Below are positions 53,528 to 62,640 of a stretch of DNA of 64,000 bases, piece after piece; the stretch's first letter is position 1, and every line of letters begins with the position of its first letter. Made by a program: the position numbers and the translations under genes. Location of the stretch: IMG/VR virus record IMGVR_UViG_2932480793_000001, positions 8,493-72,492 of that record. One strand, 5' to 3'. Below the pieces are notes generated by a model. That model did not search any database, was not told the DNA's origin, and worked only from the letters and a program-made list of their open reading frames with translations. The stretch is from a virus. Lineage: Duplodnaviria > Caudoviricetes.

Positions 53528-54399
53528 GCCGCCGCCTTCGTCCGGTCCCGACGTTCCCCGGCGCGGAGCTCGGTGAGGATGCCCTTGACGGTGGACTCGG
53601 CGATGCCCAGGCGGTGGGCGATCTCGTCCGGAGACACACCAAACTGGTAGAGGTGTTCGACGTCCGCACGGCGGGCAGCTGCGAGTTCGTTTCGGCGGAC
53701 GGTGCCGTCGGTTGCCGGTTCGAAGTTGGGGTTGTCGAAGTCGTCGGCATCCCAGTACGCGGACCCGGCCCAGCCCTGTCTCACGGCACGGTTTCGCGCT
53801 GTCTTGATCTGCCGGGCGGGAAGGTTGTGGTCCTCCGGCCTTTGCCCTGCGAGTTCCTGGTGGAGGAGGCGGACGGCTTCGGCGGTGAACAGGCGGACGA
53901 CGTCGTTGCCTTCGCCGCGGGTGAGGTAGCTGACGTAGCCGTCGCCGGTTCCGAGGCGCCGTGTGAGCTCGGTGGCGGGCCATCCGTCGGCGATGAGGGA
54001 CTGGAGTCGACGGCGGGTACCGAGCCGGGGGACGTGCGCCCCGTTGCGGGTGGGTTCTCCTCTGTTCTCGGGGATGGGGACGTTGAAGATGCGGGTGGCG
54101 GTGGAGTGGAGGACTGCGGTGTTGTCGCGGATGATCTGGTAGATGTGTGAGGGGCCGAGCTTCGCCGCTGCCTGGATTTCTCCGTCGGTCATGCCGGCCG
54201 CGCGGAGTCGCCAGATCCTGGCGATGACTTTCTCCGGGGGGACGAAGCCGCTGCGGCCGTTGTCGCGGAGGTACTGCCATTTGCGGGCGTCGGCGGTGGC
54301 TGCGCTGGTGCAGGCGGGGAGGCGGCATCCGCGGCGGTAGCAGAGGGTGGTGCCGTGTTCGGCGGGCTTGGGCTTGCGGCCGGGCTTGGTGGCGGTCAT
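53524..54399 (-). CDS. HTH DNA-binding protein with N-terminal HG..Y..GCR..C motif
   Basis: HGTTLCYRRGCRLPAC; GTRRRLQSL; C-terminal HTH SPDEIAHRLGIAESTV. Confidence 0.8.
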   Translation of the reverse strand: MTATKPGRKPKPAEHGTTLCYRRGCRLPACTSAATADARKWQYLRDNGRSGFVPPEKVIARIWRLRAAGMTDGEIQAAAKLGPSHIYQIIRDNTAVLHSTATRIFNVPIPENRGEPTRNGAHVPRLGTRRRLQSLIADGWPATELTRRLGTGDGYVSYLTRGEGNDVVRLFTAEAVRLLHQELAGQRPEDHNLPARQIKTARNRAVRQGWAGSAYWDADDFDNPNFEPATDGTVRRNELAAARRADVEHLYQFGVSPDEIAHRLGIAESTVKGILTELRAGERRDRTKAAA

Positions 54400-54737
54400 C
54401 GTTCTTCCCCCTCGTTGGCGAGGTCTGGGGTGGTGTCGTACTTGTTGTCGAGGTACTCGTTGACGGTGTTGTCGCCGAGCGCCATGACGGCGTCGGCACT
54501 GTCGGCAACACGGCAGAGCCGGAACGCGCGTGCGGTGTACGCGCGTCGGTCGGCCCGGTCCTGGACCGCCTGGTGGTACCGGTCGGCGGCCCACGCGCAC
54601 ACCCGGAACGCGGCGATGGTGGCGGTGAGGGCCAGTACACCGGGGCCGTAGAACAGGGCGGCGTTGATGACCTGGTCGACCGCGGTGTGGACCGCGGCGA
54701 GCGCTTGGCCGGCGGCGAGGAGGGTGTCGATGCTCAC
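54396..54737 (-). CDS. Hypothetical membrane protein
   Basis: Coupled; one TM helix. Confidence 0.65.
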   Translation of the reverse strand: MSIDTLLAAGQALAAVHTAVDQVINAALFYGPGVLALTATIAAFRVCAWAADRYHQAVQDRADRRAYTARAFRLCRVADSADAVMALGDNTVNEYLDNKYDTTPDLANEGEER

Positions 54738-54916
54738 GTGACCCTCCGCTGCGACCGTTCATTGCGGATCTGGCGGCGGATGCCGCGCTCGAACGCCCAC
54801 ACGTCGCCCTGATTCACGCCTACTCGGGTGAGCTGCCAACAGATTTCTGTCTTGGCTCGGCCTTGGCGTATACGAGCCTCCAGTTGGCGCAGCAGCTGCT
54901 GCCGGACGGCGCTCAT
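54734..54916 (-). CDS. Small basic hypothetical protein
   Basis: MSAVRQQLLRQL..; ATGA overlap. Confidence 0.55.
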   Translation of the reverse strand: MSAVRQQLLRQLEARIRQGRAKTEICWQLTRVGVNQGDVWAFERGIRRQIRNERSQRRVT

Positions 54917-55317
54917 GCGGCTGCCTCCCGTCGTGCCGCCGCGGTGCCTTTCCAGGTGCGGACTCCGCTGTGGTGGGTGGTGGGCCGGTCGGAGCAGGCC
55001 CATCCGGCGGTGCGGATGTAGCCCTCGTCGCGGAGGAGCGTGATCAACCTGCCCCAGTGCGCCTGCGGGTTCGGCGGGTTCGGGAGCTTCTTAGCGTCGG
55101 CCACCGAGTAGCAGGTGAAGGTCTTGCCGGTTGCCGCGGCGGCTATGAAGGCGGGCCAGACGATGGCCAGCCACGTCTCGTAGTCGGCGGACTGCTGCTG
55201 TGCCGGGTCGGGGAACGTGCCGTCGAGGAGGGGCTGAATCGGTGTCGTCATGCCCTCTTGCTTACGGTCCGGCACGGACAGATTTGGTTTCACGGCACGT
55301 TTCACGATCTTGGTCAC
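54913..55317 (-). CDS. Hypothetical phage protein
   Basis: PPNPQAHWG..SDRPTTHHSGVRTW; start at GTG 55317 or ATG 55251. Confidence 0.7.
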   Translation of the reverse strand: MTKIVKRAVKPNLSVPDRKQEGMTTPIQPLLDGTFPDPAQQQSADYETWLAIVWPAFIAAAATGKTFTCYSVADAKKLPNPPNPQAHWGRLITLLRDEGYIRTAGWACSDRPTTHHSGVRTWKGTAAARREAAA

Positions 55318-55438
55318 GGTCTTCCTCCTGCTCAGGCGAGGTGGCCTCGTCCGGCGAACCCGGTCACGCGGCTGTGATCTGCTGGTGGTGGGGCAGCCCC
55401 GCATTTCGGGTACGGGGCTGCCCCGAAGTGCGGGTGGG

Positions 55439-55900
55439 CTAGAACGGGACGTCGGCGGGGTCCGGGCCGAGGGTGAGGTCCGTGATGTGCTGCTTGATGG
55501 GGTCGCTGAGGTCGAAGCCCTCCGCCTTCAAGGCGAACGTCAGCTCGCGGGCCTCGCCCTGAAGTGCCCCGCCGGCCGGGCCGAGGAGCATGTGCGCGAG
55601 GCGGTCGGCGAGCACGCGACGGACGGGTTCGGGGATGTACTCGGTGATGCTCGGCTTCGGCGCCCACGGGTCCGGGTCTTTGGCGGCCCGGGCGGTGCTG
55701 GCTTCGGCGGTGCTGTACCCGTCGTTGATCAGGTGCTGCTCAACGAGGTCGTCGACGTTCGCACCGTTGGCGTCCAGCTCGGTTGCGAGATCCCGGGCCG
55801 CCTTGGCGCGGATGTGGATGGTGCTGACGAGCCCGTTGGCGATGTGCCGGGCGACGGCGCCCCGGATAACTTCGAGTTGGGCGGTGGGGTCAGTGGTCAT
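55439..55900 (-). CDS. Hypothetical protein ending in DVPF
   Basis: RBS AAGGAG; two internal ARELT/ARDLA repeats; SSB-like acidic PF tail. Confidence 0.7.
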   Translation of the reverse strand: MTTDPTAQLEVIRGAVARHIANGLVSTIHIRAKAARDLATELDANGANVDDLVEQHLINDGYSTAEASTARAAKDPDPWAPKPSITEYIPEPVRRVLADRLAHMLLGPAGGALQGEARELTFALKAEGFDLSDPIKQHITDLTLGPDPADVPF

Positions 55901-55962
55901 GGTCGTGTTCTCCTTGGGGTGGGCCGCCCCGATTCCCGCGGGGCGGCCCGTTCGTCGAGCGG

Positions 55963-56787
55963 TTACGGGTTTGCGTTCTCGCCGGCCCACGGGTCGTCGC
56001 CTGTGGTGATGGCGGCGGGTGCCGGTTCGTTGAGGTAGTCCGGCGGGACGTCGATGACGTCGGGGTTGGCGTCCGTCCGGACGGTTCCGTCGTTTGCCAT
56101 GGCGCGGGCGAGTTCGGCGCTCTTCGGCAGGGCCTTGAAGTGGTTCCGCAGGACGGTCTTCTTGGCCATCTCGTCGTAACTGTTCCGCCAGGCCGGGCTG
56201 TTCTTCGAGGGCGACTTCTGGCGGCGCTCCTCGATTTCCGTCGGGTACATGACCTTGAACGTCCGGCCGCCGTTGATCAGGCGGGCCACGGAGTAGTAGG
56301 CGACGGCCTTGCCGCGGGGGCCTGTCTTGCAGGGGCGGTGGATCAGCTTCTCTTCGAGGCCTTCCTCGTGCTCGAAGTAGTCGTGCTCGCGGACGGTCTC
56401 GACCTTGATCGACGACGCCATCGGGTGCTGGTAGAAGAGCGTCACCATGCCCTGGTAGCCGAGCTGGAACGTGGCCTCGCCCTTGTAGGGGACGATGAAC
56501 GCTTCCTGTGTCGGTGAGCCGGGTTCGAAGCCCAACTGCGAGCAGGTCATGAGTGCGCCGAGGAACGACTCGGTGGTGCAGTTCGCGAGTTCGGGGTTCT
56601 TGCGGATCAGCGTGAGAGCGATGCGCGCCATGCGGTCCGCGCTCATGTGCTGGGGCAGGGCGCGGGCGAGTTCGGGCTTCATTCGCTCGATCTGCTGCGC
56701 CATGGTCGGCTTCTGGTTTTCGTTCTGCTGGACGGCGCCAACGTTCTCGGCGCGGCGGGCAACGGCGTTGCGGGCTGCGGTGGTCAC
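55963..56787 (-). CDS. recT: RecT-family recombinase
   Basis: LPQHMSADRMARIA, SFLGALM, QLGYQG and EMAKKTVLR..K.LPKS. Confidence 0.93.
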   Translation of the reverse strand: MTTAARNAVARRAENVGAVQQNENQKPTMAQQIERMKPELARALPQHMSADRMARIALTLIRKNPELANCTTESFLGALMTCSQLGFEPGSPTQEAFIVPYKGEATFQLGYQGMVTLFYQHPMASSIKVETVREHDYFEHEEGLEEKLIHRPCKTGPRGKAVAYYSVARLINGGRTFKVMYPTEIEERRQKSPSKNSPAWRNSYDEMAKKTVLRNHFKALPKSAELARAMANDGTVRTDANPDVIDVPPDYLNEPAPAAITTGDDPWAGENANP

Positions 56788-57782
56788 AGGTTCTCCATCA
56801 CGATGTTGAGCGTTCGGGTGGGCTTGCCGCGGTAGTCCTCGGCGTTGATGTCCGGGTCGGCTTCGAGCGCGGCCTTCTTCCAGCTGATCTGGCCTTTTCG
56901 CTGCCGCCACGTGTAGGCGAGTTCGCCGCGGATGTAGACGTCGGTGCCCTTGCCGGCGATGTCCTTCAGGTGGTTGTCGGCTTCGGTGATGTCCCGGTCG
57001 GCCTCTTCGGCACGGGCCTTTGCTGCGGCCCGCTGCTTGAGCCAGTGCTCGACGTCGTCGGCGTCGGCGATGACGTCGGTGTCGGTGGGGTTGGCGTGGA
57101 GCCTGTCGAGAAGTTGGCCGGTGGCGGCGGAGGCGTCGATCGGGGGCTGCGTGCGGGATTCGACCCAGCCCCAGAACTCGGAGGCGATGGCGAGGAGGTC
57201 GGCGATCATCTGCTCGTCACGCTCGATGCGGTGGACGATCGTGCGCTGCCCTCCGATGAGGCAGGCCGCGTAGCCGAAGGCCCAGCCGGTGACGGCGAGC
57301 TGCCACTGCACCTGGACCTGGGTGTCGACGGGGACTTCGTCGAGCCAGTCGTTGAGGGCGTAGCTGGAGCGGGACTTGAGCTCGACGATGCCGGGCTGAC
57401 CGTCTTCGACGGTGTACCGGTCGAGGTTGACGATGGCGTGGGCAATGTCCGGCCGGCGGAGGGTCCCCGGGTTCTGCAGGGCGGGAAGGCCGGTGATCTT
57501 CGTGAACCGACGGGCGGTGATGGGTTCCAGTTCGTGGCCCATCTCGGCGGCCTCGTCGAGCACCAGGTTCTCCCGGCGCGGGACGGGCTGCCCAACCTTC
57601 TTGAACCAGATCTCCAGCGGACTGCTGTAGATGTTCAGCCCGCAGATTGCAGGGAGGTCAGATCCACCGAGGCCGGTCCTGCGGATGGCGTGCCAGTCGC
57701 TGCGGTCCGCGTCAGCGCCGAGGACGACGATGGCTCCGGATGGAAAGGTGAGTGGCGGGGGCTGCTGAGTGTCGGTGTCCAT
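56784..57782 (-). CDS. YqaJ-like viral recombination exonuclease
   Basis: W...RRTGLGGSD, GHELEP, NLD..VELKS and QVQWQLAVTG. Confidence 0.93.
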   Translation of the reverse strand: MDTDTQQPPPLTFPSGAIVVLGADADRSDWHAIRRTGLGGSDLPAICGLNIYSSPLEIWFKKVGQPVPRRENLVLDEAAEMGHELEPITARRFTKITGLPALQNPGTLRRPDIAHAIVNLDRYTVEDGQPGIVELKSRSSYALNDWLDEVPVDTQVQVQWQLAVTGWAFGYAACLIGGQRTIVHRIERDEQMIADLLAIASEFWGWVESRTQPPIDASAATGQLLDRLHANPTDTDVIADADDVEHWLKQRAAAKARAEEADRDITEADNHLKDIAGKGTDVYIRGELAYTWRQRKGQISWKKAALEADPDINAEDYRGKPTRTLNIVMENL

Positions 57783-57884
57783 GACGTGACGTCTTTCGGT
57801 TCGGGGTTGCTGCGGGCCGCCTGGGGGTTGGCGGCCCGCAGCGGGCAGACGGAGCCGGGCTCACACGCCTGCCGGATCGGTGGG

Positions 57885-58382
57885 TCAGGTGGCGTTGGCG
57901 AGGGTCGCGATGCGGCTGTGCGCCTCGTTGAAGTCCTCGGTGTCGAGGCCCATCCACGGCACCCGGTGCGACATCGCGAGCAAGATCTCGTAGGCGTTGT
58001 AGCCGTCCGCCTTGAACTCGGCGGCCTCCGACTCGATGTCCGCGTCGGTGTACGTGCCGTTCCGGCTCGCGTCCGCCCCGGCGGCCAAGGGCTCGGTGCC
58101 GGGCTGGATGCACCACACGTAGCTGAGCTTGATGAACATGTCCGTCGGGTCGACGGCGGCCTTGACGGTGTCGGCGTCCTGCGTCCAGTCGGTGAGGGTG
58201 CCGAGGAGTTCTGCGCCCTTGATGGCGTTCTCGTGCTGCATGCTGTCGGCGATGGCGAGGCCGCTGGCCTTGTGGCCGATGCGCCACCGCTGCGGGTTGT
58301 GCGGCTGGTGGTCGGGGGCGAGGCGGAAGACGACGAGGCCGGGTGCGACTTCGGTGGCCTGGTCGAGGGTGCTGAGGTCCAT
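57885..58382 (-). CDS. Hypothetical phage protein
   Basis: 165 aa; RBS AAGGA. Confidence 0.75.
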   Translation of the reverse strand: MDLSTLDQATEVAPGLVVFRLAPDHQPHNPQRWRIGHKASGLAIADSMQHENAIKGAELLGTLTDWTQDADTVKAAVDPTDMFIKLSYVWCIQPGTEPLAAGADASRNGTYTDADIESEAAEFKADGYNAYEILLAMSHRVPWMGLDTEDFNEAHSRIATLANAT

Positions 58383-58490
58383 GGCGTCCTTCTCTGGGAT
58401 GCTGGTGGTGGACGCCCCGCGATCTCGACTCGCGGGGTGTTCTGGTGCACCGGGCGGGAGGGTGGTGTGGTCACCGCCCGCCCGGTGGGC

Positions 58491-58985
58491 TTATGCGGCC
58501 GGTGCCGGGATGTGCGTCGGGTCTGCGGCCTGCGGGGAGAACTGCAACGACACGACCGGGCCGGCGGTGAACCGGGCCTGGAGTTCGCGGACGTCGATCG
58601 GGGCGGTCGCCTGGTCCTCGAACGCCGTGGTGTCACGCTCGGACGGCGGGACGGTGATCGCGTTGGCGTTTGCGTCCGCCGCCAGGAACGGGGCGAGCTG
58701 GGCGCGAAGGGCGGCCACGTCGGCGAGGGCCTGGTCGCGCTCCTCGGTCCGCTCCCGCAGATCAGCGTCGAGGCACACCACCACCTGCTCGGCCTCCGCC
58801 TGCTTCGCCCGAACATCGGCCAGCTGGTGCTGGAGGATGGCGATGGTGTCGGCCGCACCGATCAGCTGACCGAACGCGCTGACCGTCTCGGCCTGCTGGT
58901 CCTTCAACTGCCGCTTCAGCTCGACCACCTTGTCGGCGGCCCGGTGCTTCGGCTTGCTGCGGGATATGAGGCTGCTAAAGCTCAT
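58491..58985 (-). CDS. Coiled-coil hypothetical protein
   Basis: KHRAADKV followed by a heptad pattern. Confidence 0.75.
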   Translation of the reverse strand: MSFSSLISRSKPKHRAADKVVELKRQLKDQQAETVSAFGQLIGAADTIAILQHQLADVRAKQAEAEQVVVCLDADLRERTEERDQALADVAALRAQLAPFLAADANANAITVPPSERDTTAFEDQATAPIDVRELQARFTAGPVVSLQFSPQAADPTHIPAPAA

Positions 58986-59061
58986 GGCTTGCCCTTCCGG
59001 GTGAGGCTGGGGGCCACCGCCATCAGGCCGAACACGGCGCCGATGACGGTGGCGGTGACGT

Positions 59062-60177
59062 TCACGGGGCGGTGTCGCGGACGAGCCGGCCGACGCCGTC
59101 GAGCGGGTGGGGTGCGAGTTCGGCCCAGATGCTGTTCAGCTCGTGGGCGGTCGGTTCCGGCCCGGGGATGGAGCACCCGGCGGGGAGGGTGACGTACCCG
59201 GAGCTGACGCTGTCCGCGTAGTTGCGTTCGGCCTTCAGATCGCGGGGCCGGTCGAGGTGCAGTGACCGGACGAGGGTGTTGGCGACCGGGCCGGTGATGA
59301 CCGGGGTGTCGCACAGGTAGTGGGAGACGGCCACGGTCTCCGTGCGCGGCGTCATGCCGCCACCGGCCACTGGAAGCGGTCGAGTGCCTCGTCCTCGGCG
59401 GCCACGGCGTCCTCGACAGCCACCTGATGCGGGACGTCGGCGGCACGGTCCCGGGTGTCCTCGGCCTCGTCGATGGTCCACAGAACCCGGCGGAGGATCG
59501 CCGCGAGACTGGCCTGCGAGGCGATGACCGCGTTGTGGTCGTTCAGGTTCAAGTCGTCCGCGACCCGCAGCTGCTCGTAGGCGTCGGCCACGGCAGCAGC
59601 CACAAGCCGGTCGGAGATGGTGGCGGTCATCGGTTCCTCCGGGTGGTGTCACTGATGCGGATCTGCTCGGCCAGCTCGGCCGCCCATTCCGGGTAGTCGG
59701 CTTCGGTGGAGCACAGCTCCGGGTGCGGGCACGGCAGGGCGGCGAAGGCGGTGTCGGACAGGTCGCACAGGTGGCGGTACTCGGCGGCCACCCCGGCTGC
59801 GATCACCGCCCGCCTCATGGCTGCTGCGGCCTCAACCCGGGCGATCAGGTCGGCGGCAGTCACGACGTCACCCGCTTCACGTCAACGTGGGAGAGGCAGA
59901 TGCCGCCCGCGTAGCCCTCGACTGACACGACCGGTTCGCCGTGGCCGAGGATCCAGGCCGGGGTGCGGGTGACCGTATCGAGCCGGTTGCAGGGGTCGGG
60001 GCTCCCGAAGGTGCGACCTTCCTCGGCGCGCTGCTGGTGGGTGACGGCGACCGGATGCTCCGGCCGAACGCCGGGGTACGCCATGACGGGGGTGCCGACC
60101 GGGTAGCGGGCGTTGAACTCGTCGGCCTGCTTCTGACCCTTACGCTTCGCCGCTTCGAGGCGGGACCGGGCGCTCAC
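59062..60177 (-). other. Four small coupled early genes (59062-59355, 59352-59630, 59627-59863, 59860-60177)
   Basis: 4-bp start/stop overlaps; high GC3. Confidence 0.7.
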
Positions 60178-60968
60178 AGGGCACCTGCCTCACGCTGCGA
60201 CGGGGCGGAGGCCACCTTCGCCCCGTCGTACAGGTCGATGCCGTGGCGGATCGCGTGGCACGAGTGCAGGAAGCCCGGCGAGTAGTCGCTCAGCCGCCAC
60301 TCGTGCCAGTCGGCGAAGTAGTACGGGTACTCGCTGTCGCTGCCCTCAGGGCGGAACGAGAAGTCGTGCAGCGCCCGGTGAGCCTCCGACTCGTACTCGA
60401 CGTTGTACTCGGCGAAGTCGCCGAAGAAGTGGTCGTGGACCGCCTTGCGCAGCTCCCGGTTCGCGACCATCCACGCCGGGCGGACCTGCCGGGACAGCTC
60501 GCGGCGGACACCGGGCTGGTCCCGCAGCTCCGTCGCGGTGAAGCCGAGCTCCTTGGCCTGCCGAGTCACCCGGGTGTCGAGGTCGTCCCTCATCCACTGG
60601 GCCAGGGTCGAGGCGACCTCACTCTTCAGCAGGTCAGGGTTGAAGCCCTCGACCTCGTCACGCCCGGCGCGGACCTTCTCCGACCAGTAGCTCGGGTTGA
60701 TCTCGCCACTGAAGGATGTACGCCGGAACAGATCGAACATGTCCGGGGTCGCGTCGATGTCAAAGTGGAACGTCCATCCCGTCTTGACGACGAGGTTGCG
60801 CGGCCACGTGATCAGCTCGAACGCACCGAAGCTGCCACGGCCCGGAGCGGCGAACCGCAGGTGCCGGTACAGGCCGTCCTCGTGCAGAACCGTCATGGTG
60901 TGGTTCGAAGTCTCGGAAGCGAAGCGGGCTGCCGCAGCAGCCTCAGGGGATGATTGGATGTCGGACAC
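60174..60968 (-). CDS. Hypothetical phage protein
   Basis: HTMTVLHEDGLYRHLRF..INPSYWSEKV..CHAIRHGI. Confidence 0.85.
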   Translation of the reverse strand: MSDIQSSPEAAAAARFASETSNHTMTVLHEDGLYRHLRFAAPGRGSFGAFELITWPRNLVVKTGWTFHFDIDATPDMFDLFRRTSFSGEINPSYWSEKVRAGRDEVEGFNPDLLKSEVASTLAQWMRDDLDTRVTRQAKELGFTATELRDQPGVRRELSRQVRPAWMVANRELRKAVHDHFFGDFAEYNVEYESEAHRALHDFSFRPEGSDSEYPYYFADWHEWRLSDYSPGFLHSCHAIRHGIDLYDGAKVASAPSQREAGAL

Positions 60969-61055
60969 GGGGCCCGCCTTTCGTCATGACAGGTGAGGGT
61001 GGGTCTCAGAGGTCGCCTCGGGGCTGGCGTTTCGGGGCGGCCTCACTTGCTGCTG

Positions 61056-61364
61056 TTAGGCAGCGGACTTCAGCGGCGTCGTCCGCACCGAGGCGGCCGA
61101 CCTGCGTACCGGCCGGCGCTTACTCCCTCGGTGCGCTGTGCCGCCGAGGCGCTTCGCTCCGTAGATCGCAGCGCGGTCGGCGCGGTCCGTGACGATCCGC
61201 CGGCCGAGGCGGGAGTGCAGCTTCGGGTGGTCCCGCAGGAACCGGCGGAGCCAGGACACGGACACCTTCAGGACGTGGGCCGTCTCCTGGACGGTCATGT
61301 ACTCCTGGTTCGGGTCGGCGGGGGGAATCGGGCGGCCGTACTTCTCGTACTTGTCGCCGGGCAT
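61056..61364 (-). CDS. Excisionase-like HTH protein
   Basis: YMTVQETAHVLKVSVSWLRR; second gene of the early operon; RBS AAGGAG. Confidence 0.8.
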   Translation of the reverse strand: MPGDKYEKYGRPIPPADPNQEYMTVQETAHVLKVSVSWLRRFLRDHPKLHSRLGRRIVTDRADRAAIYGAKRLGGTAHRGSKRRPVRRSAASVRTTPLKSAA

Positions 61365-61365
61365 G

Positions 61366-61611
61366 TCACTCCTTAAGTGGTTGGGTCCCCTGTGGGGCGA
61401 GGAGGTCTTCGGTGTGCGCGTCGAGCTGCTTGCAGAGGGCGGCGTATCGACGCGGTCTCATGCGGGTGCGGGTGCCGTTTTCGAGGTGGCTGAGGTAGCG
61501 CCGACTTATGCCCACGCGTTCGGCCAGCTCGGTCATTTCGAGGCCCATCTGCATGCGGCGGTGGCGGATTTCCGCCCCGTCCACTTCGAAGGTGGGTTGG
61601 GGTTGGCGCAT
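61366..61611 (-). CDS. Cro-like XRE regulator
   Basis: IRHRRMQMGL..LAERVGISRRYLSHLENG; divergent from the repressor. Confidence 0.9.
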   Translation of the reverse strand: MRQPQPTFEVDGAEIRHRRMQMGLEMTELAERVGISRRYLSHLENGTRTRMRPRRYAALCKQLDAHTEDLLAPQGTQPLKE

Positions 61612-61790
61612 GACATGAAGCTATCCCTAGTTAGCCCTCTTGTCTAGCTCCAGTTGCCCGCCAGTTAGCCCTAGATGACCTTAAGGGGCGCGCCGAGTTC
61701 GCGCCCGGCGCATTCGTGCACGTCAGGCGCTTGTCAAAGTTCAAGCCGTACTGGCGACTGGTCCTAGCTGGCCCCGCCCGGCCCTGCCAA
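61612..61790. promoter_or_regulatory. Lysis-lysogeny switch: early promoter and operators
   Basis: Minus strand TAGACA-17 bp-TAGCTT, 6 nt before the cro ATG; AGTTAGCCCT repeats at 61629 and 61663. Confidence 0.7.
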
Positions 61791-61800
61791 GATGGGGGTC

Positions 61801-62208
61801 ATGCCACCCCGCGACCTCACACGCCTAGCGCAAGCAGTCAAGGCCCGACGGCTCCAGCTCGGCCTCGCCAGAACCAAGGCCGCCGCCGAAGCCGGCATCG
61901 CCAAAGACACCTGGAAACGCGTTGAAGAGGCCAACCCGGTCCGCGCCCTCAACTACGCGAAAATCGATCACGCCCTCGGGTGGGCGACAGGCAGCTGCGA
62001 CGCCATCGCCGAGGGCGGGCGCCCCGTGCGTGCCAGCGATTCCGACGCGGCCCCGAACGTTGTCATCGCCGACGGCGTGGACCGGGCACAGGCCGTGCGC
62101 CAAGTCGTCGAGAGCGCGTCCATCGGCGTAACGGACCTCGACGCTCCGCAGATCCGGGCCCTGAGCGCCCGGATCGTCGAGGATCTGGAAGCAAAGGGGA
62201 TCATTTGA
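61801..62208 (+). CDS. Immunity repressor (XRE HTH)
   Basis: LAQAVKARRLQLGL..AGIAKDTWKRVE..IDHALGWATGS. Confidence 0.85.
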   Translation: MPPRDLTRLAQAVKARRLQLGLARTKAAAEAGIAKDTWKRVEEANPVRALNYAKIDHALGWATGSCDAIAEGGRPVRASDSDAAPNVVIADGVDRAQAVRQVVESASIGVTDLDAPQIRALSARIVEDLEAKGII

Positions 62209-62366
62209 CGGAAGATTCACCCGTTTGGATTACAACCTTTTGCCCGTAAGTACTTTGTTACGAAACTTATGACCCCAACATCGCTCCGACCTGGTCCCAA
62301 CTGGCCCTGAACGTGGCAGAGTCAACAGCACACCTTGGGGGGTTCTCCCGTCCCGAAGGGGGGACC

Positions 62367-62573
62367 ATGGTGATGCGCGGTGATCTGGTACTGAGGGACT
62401 ACGGCCCGGAGTTCTACGCCTGGGTGGGCCGTACATCTGAGAAGATCGTCTGTGTAGCAGCGCCCAGGTTCGAGCGTGATCCGGCAGTCAGGGCCGTCAT
62501 GCGAGAACTGGTCCGGCGCGAAGGAGGAGACTGCTCCGGATGCGGTAACTGCCCGATGGGCAAACCGGATTGA
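62367..62573 (+). CDS. Small protein with C-terminal CxxCxxC motif
   Basis: RBS GGGGGG; DCSGCGNCP; between repressor and integrase. Confidence 0.65.
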   Translation: MVMRGDLVLRDYGPEFYAWVGRTSEKIVCVAAPRFERDPAVRAVMRELVRREGGDCSGCGNCPMGKPD

Positions 62574-62640
62574 AGCAGTCAGGCGGGTGGTCCGGCAGCG
62601 GGGAAGCTAGCCGGACACCACGCCCACCACAGGAGGCCCC

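Noticed and set aside
55439-55900. Single-stranded DNA-binding protein
   Set aside because: Ends in DVPF and follows recT, but the sequence looks helical with no OB-fold motifs
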